From: Candidatus Latescibacterota bacterium
Lineage (GTDB): Bacteria; Latescibacterota; UBA2968; GCA-2709665
DNA length: 64,000 nt
Reading direction: 5' to 3'
Assembly: GCA_965222075.1 (NCBI GenBank)
Contig: OZ244937.1
Span: 2,560,001 to 2,624,000 of the forward strand
The notes under the pieces: model-generated
Told to the model about the DNA's origin: nothing
The model's database searches: none
What the model saw: the letters and a program-made list of their open reading frames with translations, nothing else
Made by a program: the position numbers and the translations under genes
Part shown: positions 28,708-39,142 of the stretch, piece by piece
Numbering within the stretch: position 1 is the first letter of the stretch
Layout: every line of letters begins with the position of its first letter

Positions 28708-30675
28708 TCACAAAGCAACGATCTGCCACAGTTCATTGCCCTGGGAGAACAGAAGACTGTTTTCAAAAGCGGCCAGATAGGGGACATTCTGTGTAAACGG
28801 GATACCGCTCTCCGAAGCAGGGGCGGCAGCCTCTCCCTCATCCAGCCGGACCTGCGTCAGGGTTTCCGTCTCCGGATCGAGACAGACAACGCGGTTGCCA
28901 TGCACAAAAAACAACCTGCCGTTAGCGGCGACCGTCATCGGCCTGTTCTGAACCCTGCCATCCTCCAGGCGGTGTTCCAGCGTCCGGATCGTATGCGATC
29001 CCGACTCGTAAACAAACAGCCGCTGCCCCCCGTCGTGGTCGTCCGTCCAGAAAAAGACCTTCCCGGATGCGCAGCCCATCGTGATGAGACTGCGTGCGCC
29101 GTCAATAGCATATTGGAATAGGACACCCTCCTGATCCGGGTCGAACACCAGAAAATACGCATCTCCCTCCGCCTGTGCGATATACCCGTCGGCAACAACA
29201 CTCGTCCCCACGTACACGTGCTCCGGCCCGGCGGCCAGCCCCAGAACCGAGTGGTCCTGAACCAGATGTCGGAAAGACTGCTGCGTATCGTCATTCGGAT
29301 CGACAACCGTCAGCGCCCCGCCCCGGCTGCCGTATTCGGGCATTGTCCCCACATACAGTTTCCCCCCGGGGCCGTTCAAAATTCCGGTCACCGGCCGGTA
29401 CTGTTCCTCTCCCAGCGACCCCAGGTTGCGGGGGTTGTCCCCCGCCTCAGGCCCCGGCTGCCAGGGCCGGTCCGGATCGTACACCGTCAGAACCGCATTG
29501 GTATAAGACACGCTGTAGATTTTTCTGTTCGCCTCGGCGCTTCCGTAGATCTCGCCCGACCCGTTGTGCACAAGCCCCAGGATCTCTGTCCGTCCGGTTT
29601 GAGGGTGCACGCGCGAAAGCGTCACACCCAGGTGTGCGGAACAGTAAATGTCCCCCCTGCCGGACCCCAGGATGGAAAAGATTCCGATTGGGGGATTCTC
29701 CACCTCGGTCCGGTGCAGGTCGAAGTGACCGTCCGCGATATGGTACACACCGTAATACTGCGAATGCCCCGCCATCAGGATGCGCTGGCCGTCGAGAAAG
29801 TAATACACCGCCCGGCTCGGCACACGGGGCACCCGGTAGGCCAATTCAGCGGATTCGGCCTCCAGGTCCAGGGCATAGATCGCCCCTCCGTCCACCGACA
29901 GATACGGCTCGCCTCCCGGCCCCTGTAAAAACCGGCGCCCCGACACAACGGGCATCCTCACCGGAAAAGACCCCCGAAACGCCAGATCGCCAGCCGAAAA
30001 CCGGCAGATCTCAATCCCCCCGTCCACACCCCCAACCGAAACCAGAAACTCATCCCCACACCGCAGAAACTCGCTGTAGGCATCCGCACGCCCGGCCAGG
30101 TCCGGGGGAGATTGGAACACGACATCCTCCGTCTCCGGATTCACGGCATACACCCCATGCTGTAGACCGTTGAGCACGCCGATATAACCCTGATCCGTCA
30201 CACAGGCCCCGAACAACTGGTGGTTCTCTTCCGCAACCGGGTACTCCTGATATTCACCTGTGTTACGATCATATGCCACGAGCATCCCCGCAGGATAACT
30301 CGGCATATACAACCGTCCATCCGGGCCTTCCACCACATCCGTCAGGTGCGACGTCTTTCTGGACGCCTCATAACGTGGCACCTCTGTGAACCGTTCTTCC
30401 ACCGGGTCGAAGCAGGCCAACTGTCCCGGTCCATTCATCCCGAACCAGAGCCTGTTGTCGGACAGCAGCCGCACGCGCCACGACCCCCGTCCATCCGGCT
30501 GTGTGAAAGAGCGGTATTCGTGTCGCTCAAAATCGATCCTCACCAGCGCAGGAGGCCGGTTCGGAATACCCGAAAACATCGACTGGTAGAGCAACTCCCG
30601 CCCGACGACGACCAGTTCCCCGGACGAAGTCGAAGGCGCCAGAAACGGCACCTCACAGATTTTTCGCACATGCAT
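28708..30675 (-). CDS. Cytoplasmic beta-propeller repeat protein, function unknown
   Basis: Repeated G.LY.G.YP.G.L..YDP blades; no signal peptide; TTGACG-N17-TATATT promoter at 30716-30744. Confidence 0.75.
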   Translation of the reverse strand: MHVRKICEVPFLAPSTSSGELVVVGRELLYQSMFSGIPNRPPALVRIDFERHEYRSFTQPDGRGSWRVRLLSDNRLWFGMNGPGQLACFDPVEERFTEVPRYEASRKTSHLTDVVEGPDGRLYMPSYPAGMLVAYDRNTGEYQEYPVAEENHQLFGACVTDQGYIGVLNGLQHGVYAVNPETEDVVFQSPPDLAGRADAYSEFLRCGDEFLVSVGGVDGGIEICRFSAGDLAFRGSFPVRMPVVSGRRFLQGPGGEPYLSVDGGAIYALDLEAESAELAYRVPRVPSRAVYYFLDGQRILMAGHSQYYGVYHIADGHFDLHRTEVENPPIGIFSILGSGRGDIYCSAHLGVTLSRVHPQTGRTEILGLVHNGSGEIYGSAEANRKIYSVSYTNAVLTVYDPDRPWQPGPEAGDNPRNLGSLGEEQYRPVTGILNGPGGKLYVGTMPEYGSRGGALTVVDPNDDTQQSFRHLVQDHSVLGLAAGPEHVYVGTSVVADGYIAQAEGDAYFLVFDPDQEGVLFQYAIDGARSLITMGCASGKVFFWTDDHDGGQRLFVYESGSHTIRTLEHRLEDGRVQNRPMTVAANGRLFFVHGNRVVCLDPETETLTQVRLDEGEAAAPASESGIPFTQNVPYLAAFENSLLFSQGNELWQIVAL

Positions 30676-30791
30676 AGCGTACCCCCCAGGTCAAAAAAAG
30701 CCACAAAGTTCGCCCAATATAATACGCCTCGCAAAAGCCGTCAACCCCTATAAGTGTCTGCGCCGTGAGCGCGTCCTGTCTTGGGGCTAAG

Positions 30792-30826
30792 AAAAAAGGC
30801 CCAGAGCATTCTCTCTGAGCCCCTTT
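30792..30826 (-). terminator. Intrinsic terminator after mqnA
   Basis: GGCTCAGAG/CTCTGGGCC stem followed by T6 on the minus strand. Confidence 0.65.
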
Positions 30827-30873
30827 GATAACTTCCGATCTGTCCGGTGGCGCCCTTCAGATCATCAGAAGCG

Positions 30874-31673
30874 TCAGAACCCGGGGTAAAACCGGACCTC
30901 CGGAATCTTCTCAATCAAACCCAGCTCAAAAGCATACCCGTAGAACCGCCGGAGCCCCTCCAGTTCCGCATCGCCGAGGTCGTACCCGATATTGCAAGAG
31001 AGATACGCTGCGTAAAACGCCGCCGGAAAGGAATGAGAGGCTGCAAACGCTTCTGCGATCGAAGGAATCTGACGAACCCCGAGCTCCTTGGCCTCAACCA
31101 GCTTCTGCGCCTCCCCGGGCTTCAGTACCCCCGGCCGGCCGGTCCAGCACGCGTATACAAAGGGCAGCCCGGTCAACTCGGTCCACGCCGCACCTAAGTC
31201 CAGCACGCGATAGGCACCCGGATCCAGCTCCAGCGCCGAATCTCCGATCAGCAGTGCGGCATCGGCGCGTTCCAGCATCCGGTCCGGCTCCGGAGGGCTT
31301 TGAAAGACTTTGGGCACACACCCGTACTGTTTCTGGAGGATAATCCGGCTCAATGCGATTGACGTTCGAGAACTGGTATCAAGCGCCAGAGAGCAGATCT
31401 CTTCGGGCGCTTTTTTAAGGACAAGAATAACGCTGCGGACCGGCCCCGAGGAGGCGATACTCACGCCGGAACAAATCTCATAAGGCTCAGGGCTGCGGGC
31501 GACCTCTATGGAGGGAATCAGCGCGACATCGGTCTCTCTGCTGTGCAGCCGTTCGGCGCAGCGGGAAGGCACATCGTAGATCAGATCGAAGGAATGGCCC
31601 AGCCCGCCCGATTCAAACGCCTGAACAAGAGGCCGGGTATTCAAAAAGCTAACCCGCCAAGACGGGTACGCAT
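30874..31673 (-). CDS. mqnA: Chorismate dehydratase MqnA (futalosine pathway), 1-bp frameshift near the start
   Basis: SFLNTRPL, G.V.SV, SSRTS, LLIGD.AL and W...TGLPFVYA; one more G restores MRTRLGGVSFLN. Confidence 0.92.
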
Positions 31674-31818
31674 TTGAAGGTCTTCAACAGCCGGGCATTC
31701 CCGATTTCGGAATGCGGAATACGGATTTAAAATCATTTATTCCAACGGAAAGGAGACGATCCGCTGAGCCGGAGACAGGCCTTAGCCAATCGTCCGGGGT
31801 GGAGTGCTTTGGGAGGGA

Positions 31819-32919
31819 TCAGTTCAAAATGTTATACCGGGTATTCCGCCGAACCGGCTCGTACCCGGCGTCCCGGATCACGCGCTGCATCTCGGGCAGC
31901 GTCATCTCGTTCGTATGGCTCGTCCCCGCTGCGCTCACCACATTCTCCTCCATCATCGTAGAGCCAAAATCATTCACCCCGTAGCGCAACCCCACCTGGG
32001 CGATCCTGGGCCCCTGGGTCACCCAGGACGCCTGGAAACTCGGCACATTGTCCAGGAAGATGCGGGACACCGCAATCGTGCGGAGGTAATCGTAGCCCGT
32101 CGCCTTCCGCCCACCCCAGCGACTGGAATCTGCGGCCAGGTCGGTATAGTCCGGCTGGAAATTCCAGGCGATAAACGCCGTCAGCCCCCCCGTCTCATCC
32201 TGCAGCTCCCGGATCAGCCGGAGGTGCTCCACCCGCTGCTCCACCGTCTCCACGTGCCCGTACATCATCGTCGCCGTGGTGTGCATCCCCAGCTTGTGCG
32301 CCACCTGGTGCACCTCCAGCCACTCGTGCACCCGGTCCTTCCGGAACCCGATGATATCCCGCACCTCATCCGACAGGATCTCCGCACCCGCGCCTGGAAT
32401 CGAATCCAGCCCGGCGTCCCTCAAACGGCGGATGCAGTCTTCCAGGGACAGCCGGGAAATGTGGGCAATGTAGATAATCTCCGTGGCCGACAGGCAGTGC
32501 TGGTGCACCTGCGGATACCGCTCCCGGATCGAGGAGAACAGATCCTCGTAATAATCGATCCGCAGCTTCGGATTCAGCCCCCCCTGCATCAGGATCTCGT
32601 TCGACCTGGGCGCGTCTCCGCCTACCGCCACCATCTCGTCGATCTTCCCGAAAATCTCCTCCCTGGGCAGCACGTAGCCCTCGTCCGAACCGGGAGGGCG
32701 GTAAAACGCGCAGAAATCGCACCGCACCCAGCACACATTCGTATAGTTAATATTTCGCCCGATATTGTAGGTCACAATACCTTCCGGACACTTCCGTCTG
32801 CGCACCGTATCGGCCAGCAGCCCCAGCTCCGTCAGATTGGGGTGGGCCATCAACCGCAGCCCCTCCTCAACGGAAATCCGCTCTCCGGCGTAGACCTTTT
32901 CGGCAATATCGTCAATCAT
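31819..32919 (-). CDS. mqnC: Cyclic dehypoxanthine futalosine synthase MqnC (radical SAM)
   Basis: RNINYTNVCWVRCDFC, LMQGG, PG.GAEIL, QASWVTQG and DFGSTMMEENVV. Confidence 0.93.
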   Translation of the reverse strand: MIDDIAEKVYAGERISVEEGLRLMAHPNLTELGLLADTVRRRKCPEGIVTYNIGRNINYTNVCWVRCDFCAFYRPPGSDEGYVLPREEIFGKIDEMVAVGGDAPRSNEILMQGGLNPKLRIDYYEDLFSSIRERYPQVHQHCLSATEIIYIAHISRLSLEDCIRRLRDAGLDSIPGAGAEILSDEVRDIIGFRKDRVHEWLEVHQVAHKLGMHTTATMMYGHVETVEQRVEHLRLIRELQDETGGLTAFIAWNFQPDYTDLAADSSRWGGRKATGYDYLRTIAVSRIFLDNVPSFQASWVTQGPRIAQVGLRYGVNDFGSTMMEENVVSAAGTSHTNEMTLPEMQRVIRDAGYEPVRRNTRYNILN

Positions 32920-32992
32920 CGGGTAGTACCCCCGCAGGATGCATTTCCTTCTTGGGCAGTACGGCGTCACGCGTCAAGACAATCGCCTCCTC

Positions 32993-34147
32993 TCAGGAAA
33001 GCACCGGAAGCTCGCCGGGAATACCCACCGGTTGCTCTTCCTGGATCTCCCGCTCGGTCGAAATCACGTTGTAGAGATTGTCCCGCTCCACCGGGTCCCG
33101 CCCCGCCTCTACGATCCGCTCCATCAGTTGCTTCCGCGTCAGAAACTGCCGGGTCTCCTCGTAGGTCCGCCGCGTAATCTCGTACTCCTGGATCGTCCCA
33201 TCGATATCGTCCGCCCCGTACCACAGCGCGACCTGCGAGATCTCGATCGTATTCATAATCCAGAACGTCTTGATATGCGGGAAATTGTCCAGCATAAGCC
33301 GGCCTACCGCAATCTCTCTCAAATCGGACATCCCCGTCGGTCCCGGAATCTGTTCCATCTCGGTCCGCTCCGGATGAAAAGAAAGGGGAATATAGGTCAA
33401 AAACCCACCCGTCTCGTCCTGCAGCTCCCGCAGCAGAACCTGGTGTTCGACCTTCTCTTTCGGATTCTCGATGTGGCCGTAGAGCATCGTCGCATTGGAA
33501 GACAGCCCCACCTCGTGAGCCGTCTGCGCCACCTCCAACCACTCCTCCGAATCCGCCTTGGTCCAGAACAGGTCCCCGCGCACCCGGTCGCTGAACACCT
33601 CCGCGCCCCCGCCCGGAATGGACGAAACCCCCGCCTCCTTCAACTCCAGCATCGCCTCCCTGAGGGGCTTCTTGGCCGCCCGGGCGATCTGCACCCACTC
33701 AATCGCCGTAAACGCCTTCACCGCCACATTGGGACGGACCTCCTTCACCGCCCGGACGATATCCAGGTAATACGAATACGGCAGCTTCGGATTGATCCCC
33801 GCCACCATGTGGATCTCCGTAATCGGAACATGGAGGTACCGCCGCACCCGTTCCTGTACATCCTCCGGATAAAGCACATACCCCCGGGCGTCCTTTGGCG
33901 GCACATAAAAGGAGCAGAACTTACACAACTTGTTGCAAATATTGGTATAATTGATATGCTGGTTGCGCACGTACCAGGCCACATTGCCGCACATCCGCTC
34001 CCGCACGATATTGGCCATATACCCCACCGCATTGAGTTCAGGCGTGGCATAAAGCCGCATGCCATCCTCCGCCGAAAGCCGCTCCCCTGCCTGCACCTTC
34101 TCATAGATATCCCCAAGCGCGTCCGGTATGTTCGGCCTCACACGCAT
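32993..34147 (-). CDS. mqnE: Aminofutalosine synthase MqnE (radical SAM)
   Basis: HINYTNICNKLCKFC, KAFTA.E, PGGGAE.F, NATMLYGHIE and HIK.FW; start approximate (34141-34147). Confidence 0.92.
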   Translation of the reverse strand: MRVRPNIPDALGDIYEKVQAGERLSAEDGMRLYATPELNAVGYMANIVRERMCGNVAWYVRNQHINYTNICNKLCKFCSFYVPPKDARGYVLYPEDVQERVRRYLHVPITEIHMVAGINPKLPYSYYLDIVRAVKEVRPNVAVKAFTAIEWVQIARAAKKPLREAMLELKEAGVSSIPGGGAEVFSDRVRGDLFWTKADSEEWLEVAQTAHEVGLSSNATMLYGHIENPKEKVEHQVLLRELQDETGGFLTYIPLSFHPERTEMEQIPGPTGMSDLREIAVGRLMLDNFPHIKTFWIMNTIEISQVALWYGADDIDGTIQEYEITRRTYEETRQFLTRKQLMERIVEAGRDPVERDNLYNVISTEREIQEEQPVGIPGELPVLS

Positions 34148-34249
34148 CCTCCCGATAAGTAGTGAAACGGCCCCCCCACCCTTCCCCGGAACCCTGGCTT
34201 GCTGGATTTGGGGGGGAGGCGGGATGACACGTTTCACGTTTCAGGTCTT

Positions 34250-35950
34250 TCAATTCTGACTCAACATCTCCCGGGCATGCGCCATCGTCACCTTTGAAAT
34301 CTCCTCCCCCCCCATCAGCTTTGCCAGCTCTTCGGCACGGTCCTCCCCGTCCAGCGCCTGCACCCGCGTTACCGTCCGTCCCTTCTCCATTTCCTTTCGA
34401 ACCGAGAAATGCCGGTCGGCCATCTTGGCGATCTGCGGCAGATGGGTAATCGACACTGCCTGGTAGGTCTGCGACAGGTCCTTCAATTTCTTCCCGACCA
34501 CCTCCGCAATCCGGCCCGAAATCCCGATATCGATCTCGTCGAAAATCAGCACCTGCACCGAATTGGTGTGGGCCAGCACCGTCTTCATCGCCAGCATAAT
34601 CCTGGAAATCTCTCCTCCGGAGGCCACCTTCGCTAAGGGACGGATCGCCTCCCCCGGGTTGGTGGACATATAGAATTCGGCCTGCTCGATCCCCTTCGGT
34701 CCTGCCTCAAACCGCCGGCCGTTCAGGGCCGCAACCCCCTCGGGGGTCTCCCTTCGGTTGAACTCGACCTGGAACGCAACACCGGACATCCCCAGTTCAC
34801 CCAGCGCCTTCCGGATATCCGATGACAGCCGGCGGGCGGCCTTCTCACGCGCCCTGGCAAGCTTTCCGCACAGCTCCGAAAACGTCGCCTTCACGGCCTC
34901 GATCTCCGCCCTGATCTCATCTAAGGAGACATCCAGTTCCTCTGAACGCGCCAGCTCCTCCGAGACCTTTCTCCGGTAGGCCAGCGCCGCCTCTAAGCTT
35001 CCACCGTACTTCTTCTTCAAATGGCCCAGCAGTTCCAGCCGTTCGGCCACTTCCGCCAGACGCTCCGGGTTATGCTCCACATGCCGGGCATAATCGGTAA
35101 AAAAGCGGGCCAGCTCGTCCACCCCGTAGCGCAGGGCGTTCAGCTCCTCCAGGCGGGGTTTGAGCGAACCGTCCATCCCCACCGCTTCGTCCAAAAGCCG
35201 GCTGGCCGCGCCCAGCCGGTCTTCAATGGAGTCCTCCCCCTGGTAGAGCAGCGTCTCCAGTTGAACGGCCGTCTCGATCAGCCGCTCGGCGTACATCAAC
35301 ACCGACTGCTCCTGCGCCAGGCGCTCATCCTCGTCCGTTTCGAGGGCCGCGGCCGAAATCTCCTCCACTTGAAATTCCAACAACTCCCGCCTCTCCCGCA
35401 GGCGCTTCGCCTCCGCTTCCTGCTCGTCCAGCCTGCCCTGGAGTTCGGCCAGCCCCCGGTACGCGGCACCGACCCCCTCTCGCACATCCTCCAACCCCCC
35501 GAACCCGTCTAAGAAATCGACGTGCCTGTCCACGTCTAACAGCGACTGGTGCTCATGCTGCCCGTGCAGGTCCACCAGCAACTTCCCCAGCGCATGCAGC
35601 GCTCGAACCGGAATCGCCAGCCCGTTGGCATAGCATCGGCTGCGCCCCCCCGCCAGCACCTCCCGGCGGAGGATCAACTCCCCTTCCTCCGCCCCAATCC
35701 CCATCTCCGCCAAGAAAGAAAGACAGGGATGGTCTGCGTGCAAATCGAAGATCGCGTCCACCACGCACCGCTCCTCACCCGTCCGGATCACCTCCGGGCT
35801 GGCGCGCATCCCCAGGACCAGCCCCAGCGCCCCGATCAGAATCGACTTGCCCGCGCCCGTCTCCCCCGTAATGATATTCAACCCCGGCCCGAACTCGATC
35901 TGTACATCGTCAATCAGGGCATAGTTGATCACGTGCAATCGACACAGCAC
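34250..35950 (-). CDS. recN: DNA repair protein RecN
   Basis: TGETGAGKS, HGQHEHQ, ASGGEISR, FDEID.G and ITHLPQ. Confidence 0.97.
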   Translation of the reverse strand: MLCRLHVINYALIDDVQIEFGPGLNIITGETGAGKSILIGALGLVLGMRASPEVIRTGEERCVVDAIFDLHADHPCLSFLAEMGIGAEEGELILRREVLAGGRSRCYANGLAIPVRALHALGKLLVDLHGQHEHQSLLDVDRHVDFLDGFGGLEDVREGVGAAYRGLAELQGRLDEQEAEAKRLRERRELLEFQVEEISAAALETDEDERLAQEQSVLMYAERLIETAVQLETLLYQGEDSIEDRLGAASRLLDEAVGMDGSLKPRLEELNALRYGVDELARFFTDYARHVEHNPERLAEVAERLELLGHLKKKYGGSLEAALAYRRKVSEELARSEELDVSLDEIRAEIEAVKATFSELCGKLARAREKAARRLSSDIRKALGELGMSGVAFQVEFNRRETPEGVAALNGRRFEAGPKGIEQAEFYMSTNPGEAIRPLAKVASGGEISRIMLAMKTVLAHTNSVQVLIFDEIDIGISGRIAEVVGKKLKDLSQTYQAVSITHLPQIAKMADRHFSVRKEMEKGRTVTRVQALDGEDRAEELAKLMGGEEISKVTMAHAREMLSQN

Positions 35951-35955
35951 AGCAC

Positions 35956-36810
35956 CTATTCCTCGCGTTCCCGCCTGTCTATGCTCCAGTCCAGCTTCCG
36001 CCTGAGCAGATTGTAGAAAGAAATCCCCTGCAGGTTGACCAACCGTACCGGATGGGGCACCCGCTGCACAGCCACCCGCGTCTTGGGCCGCAGAGGGGCG
36101 ACCGTCTGTCCGTCGGCCGACAACATAATATCGGTATGCTCCGCGATCACCTCTACGGTAATCGACTGATTGCAGGGGATCACCAGCGAGCGCTGCGACA
36201 GGGAATGGGGGCAGATCGGGGTCACGATCATGGCCTCGACGCCCGGATGGATCACCGGGCCTCCCGCCGACAGGCTGTATCCGGTCGACCCTGTCGGGGT
36301 CGCTACAATCAGACCGTTGCCAAAAAAGGAGCTGATCTGCGCATCCAGCACCCAGGTCTTAACCTGCACCAAATGCGCCAGCACCCCCTTTTCAATCACA
36401 ACTTCATTGAGCGCAAAAGCCGTCTGCTCCTCAACCTGCGCTTCGAGCGCCATCCGCTCCTCAACCTCATACTCCCCCTTCAGCAGCCGCTCTAACCCCC
36501 CTTCCAGTTCCTCGGGCGCCGCACCCGCTAAAAATCCGAGCCGCCCCATGTTGACCCCCAGAATCGGGGTCCCGGCCGATCCCACGAGCCTCGCCGCCCG
36601 CAGAATGGTCCCGTCCCCTCCCGGCGCAATCACAATATCCACCCGTTCGGGCAAATCGGCGGGCCTGCAGAACTGCCCCTGGCAGATCTCGTTCAGATCG
36701 TCCGCCAACCATACCTCAACGCCGCTCTGTTCCGCCAGAGATACAAAGCGGTCAACCACAGGGCCAACCGCTGCAACCTGTGGATTTGCCAGAATCCCGA
36801 TCCGATTCAT
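35956..36810 (-). CDS. nadK: NAD(+) kinase
   Basis: GGDGT, G.LGFL, LNE and TPTGSTGYSLSAGGP. Confidence 0.96.
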   Translation of the reverse strand: MNRIGILANPQVAAVGPVVDRFVSLAEQSGVEVWLADDLNEICQGQFCRPADLPERVDIVIAPGGDGTILRAARLVGSAGTPILGVNMGRLGFLAGAAPEELEGGLERLLKGEYEVEERMALEAQVEEQTAFALNEVVIEKGVLAHLVQVKTWVLDAQISSFFGNGLIVATPTGSTGYSLSAGGPVIHPGVEAMIVTPICPHSLSQRSLVIPCNQSITVEVIAEHTDIMLSADGQTVAPLRPKTRVAVQRVPHPVRLVNLQGISFYNLLRRKLDWSIDRREREE

Positions 36811-36871
36811 TCAACCCCTGCAAAGATAAAGTTAAAATACGCAAAACATCACCCGGGAACAAGAAGATCCC

Positions 36872-37120
36872 TCACGCCTCCTCAGAGGCATCCAGTTCCG
36901 TCAGACGAAACGCGCCCCCGCTTTCGACCACCAGCACCTCCACCTGCTGCTTGGCCTCTTCCAGCCGCGTCCGGCACAGGTTCGACGCCTTCAGCCCCTC
37001 CTCAAACAGCCGCAGCGCCTCGGCCAAGGGCAGATTCCCCTCCTCTAAGCGTTCCACCACCGCTTCCAGCTGCTTCAACGTCTCCTCAAACGTCGGCTCT
37101 TTCTTCTTTTTCTCAGCCAT
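36872..37120 (-). CDS. xseB: Exodeoxyribonuclease VII small subunit
   Basis: TFEE.L..LE..V..LE.G.L.L.E.L..FEEG. Confidence 0.95.
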   Translation of the reverse strand: MAEKKKKEPTFEETLKQLEAVVERLEEGNLPLAEALRLFEEGLKASNLCRTRLEEAKQQVEVLVVESGGAFRLTELDASEEA

Positions 37121-37131
37121 ACCTGTCCCTC

Positions 37132-38343
37132 TCATATCCCATCTTGATCCTGCACCACCTCATCCACCGTGCACATCACCTCTCCCGTCGCAAACCGGAT
37201 CTGAAGTCGATCTCCCGCGGAGAGGACGCCCGCATCCTGCACCACCGCCCCGTCTTCCGGCCGCTGCGTCAGGCTGTAGCCCCGGTCCAGCACCGAAAGG
37301 GGGCTGAGCGTCCCCAGTTGCGCGCTCAACCACCGGTAGACCCCCACCCGGGCCTCGTAGATCCTTCGGACGCCGGTGTGGAGATCCTTGTGCAGCTCAT
37401 CGATCCGCTGCATATTCTGAAACACCAGGTCATCCACCCGGCGAAGACCGTAGCTCTCCCGGTAGGCGTCCAGAAGCTCCTCATTCTCCTCCAGCAGCCG
37501 TATCAGCGTGTCGTAGGACCGCTGCTCCAGCTCGGCCAGCCCTGCCTTGAGCTCCGCACCATCCCGCACGGCCAGTTCGGCAGCCGCCGAAGGGGTTGGC
37601 GCCCGGCAGTCGGCCGCCAGGTCTGTCAGCGTAAAATCGATCTCGTGCCCCACCGCCGAAATCACCGGAATCTCCGACGTATAGACGGCCCGCACAACAG
37701 CCTCGGTGTTGAACGCCGCCAGGTCCTCAGCCGCGCCGCCTCCCCGGCCCACAATCAGCACATCCACCTGGCCGTAAGCGTTCAACTCCGCAATTCCCTG
37801 CGCAATATCTTCACCGGCCCCCTCTCCCTGGACCAGCGCAGGACGCAGCACAACCCGCACGCCCGGAAACCGTCGCCCCAGCACCTGGAGAATATCCCGG
37901 ATGGCCGCGCCCGTCTGCGACGTCACCACCCCAATCGACTGGGGATAAGTCGGCAGCGGGCGCTTGCGCGCTTCATCGAACAGGCCCTCCACCATCAGCC
38001 TGTGCTTCAGCTCCTCCAGCGCAAGCTGCTGCTGGCCCACACCGGCCTGGAAGAGCTGCGTCGCATTCAATTGGTACTGGCCACTGCGTTCATACACAGT
38101 CACCCGGCCCTGGGCCAGCACCTGCATCCCCGCCTCCGGCTCAAACCCCGACGGCCTGTGGGAGCGCCACATCACGCAGCGGAGCTGACAGCTCTCATCC
38201 TTCAGGGTAAAATACCGATGTCCGGACGCAGCCTGCGTATACTCCGAAAGCTCACCGATGACCCAGAGGGGTGGAAACGCCATTTCTAAGGTCTGACGAA
38301 CCGCCTGCGTGACCTCCGACACTGTGCAGGGACGCTCCGCCAC
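37132..38343 (-). CDS. xseA: Exodeoxyribonuclease VII large subunit
   Basis: SGH.YF.LKD, RGGG, SAVGHE.D, TPSAAA and L.RGYS. Confidence 0.96.
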   Translation of the reverse strand: MAERPCTVSEVTQAVRQTLEMAFPPLWVIGELSEYTQAASGHRYFTLKDESCQLRCVMWRSHRPSGFEPEAGMQVLAQGRVTVYERSGQYQLNATQLFQAGVGQQQLALEELKHRLMVEGLFDEARKRPLPTYPQSIGVVTSQTGAAIRDILQVLGRRFPGVRVVLRPALVQGEGAGEDIAQGIAELNAYGQVDVLIVGRGGGAAEDLAAFNTEAVVRAVYTSEIPVISAVGHEIDFTLTDLAADCRAPTPSAAAELAVRDGAELKAGLAELEQRSYDTLIRLLEENEELLDAYRESYGLRRVDDLVFQNMQRIDELHKDLHTGVRRIYEARVGVYRWLSAQLGTLSPLSVLDRGYSLTQRPEDGAVVQDAGVLSAGDRLQIRFATGEVMCTVDEVVQDQDGI

Positions 38344-38345
38344 CC

Positions 38346-39134
38346 CTAAGCCTCCTCCCAGTCGATCCGCAGCCTGTCGATCTGCCTCGCTCTGCCGGTC
38401 TCCTCGTCAACATCTAACAGCGCCCCACAGAGCTTCACATCACCGATTGCCGGCTCAAACCGGGCGGGCAGCTGGTTGATAAACCGCTGGATGGCAACCT
38501 CCTTTTCCGCCCCAATGACCGAATCGTGCGGGCCGGTCATGCCCGCGTCGGTAATGTAGGCGGTCCCCCCGGGCAGAACCCGCTCATCGGCCGTCTGCAC
38601 ATGGGTATGGGTGCCCATCACCGCGCTGACCCGACCGTCCATAAACCAGCCGAATGCAATCTTCTCCGAGGTAGCTTCCGCATGGAAGTCGATCACCACC
38701 ACGCGCACCTCCTGCCTGAGAGCGTCAACGATCTCCCGGCCCGTCCGGAAGGGACAGTCTAAACTCTTCATATTCGTGCGCCCCTGCAGACACACCACGC
38801 CCACCGGCATCCCGTTTTCCGACGGAAAAACACCCCATCCAACCCCCCCGACCTCAGGTGGGAAATTGGCCGGGCGCAGCACCCGGTCTCCCGCCATAAT
38901 ATAGGGTACACCATCCTTCTGATCCCAGACGTGGTTGCCTGTGGTGATGACATCTGCGCCATAGGCGTGGATCTTTCGGCCGATCTTCTCCGTAATCCCA
39001 GCCCCTCCGGCCGCATTCTCCCCGTTTACAATGCAGAAATCGACCCCGTGGGCCTCTCTCAGCCGGGGAATCAGTCCGGCCGCAGCCCGCCGCCCCGGTC
39101 TGCCGTACACGTCCCCCACAAACAGAAGCTTCAA
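38346..39134 (-). CDS. ymdB: YmdB/TIGR00282 metallophosphoesterase
   Basis: GD..G.PG, NGEN, GNH, DFHAEATSEK and GTHTHV. Confidence 0.94.
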   Translation of the reverse strand: MKLLFVGDVYGRPGRRAAAGLIPRLREAHGVDFCIVNGENAAGGAGITEKIGRKIHAYGADVITTGNHVWDQKDGVPYIMAGDRVLRPANFPPEVGGVGWGVFPSENGMPVGVVCLQGRTNMKSLDCPFRTGREIVDALRQEVRVVVIDFHAEATSEKIAFGWFMDGRVSAVMGTHTHVQTADERVLPGGTAYITDAGMTGPHDSVIGAEKEVAIQRFINQLPARFEPAIGDVKLCGALLDVDEETGRARQIDRLRIDWEEA

Positions 39135-39142
39135 ACTGCCTC

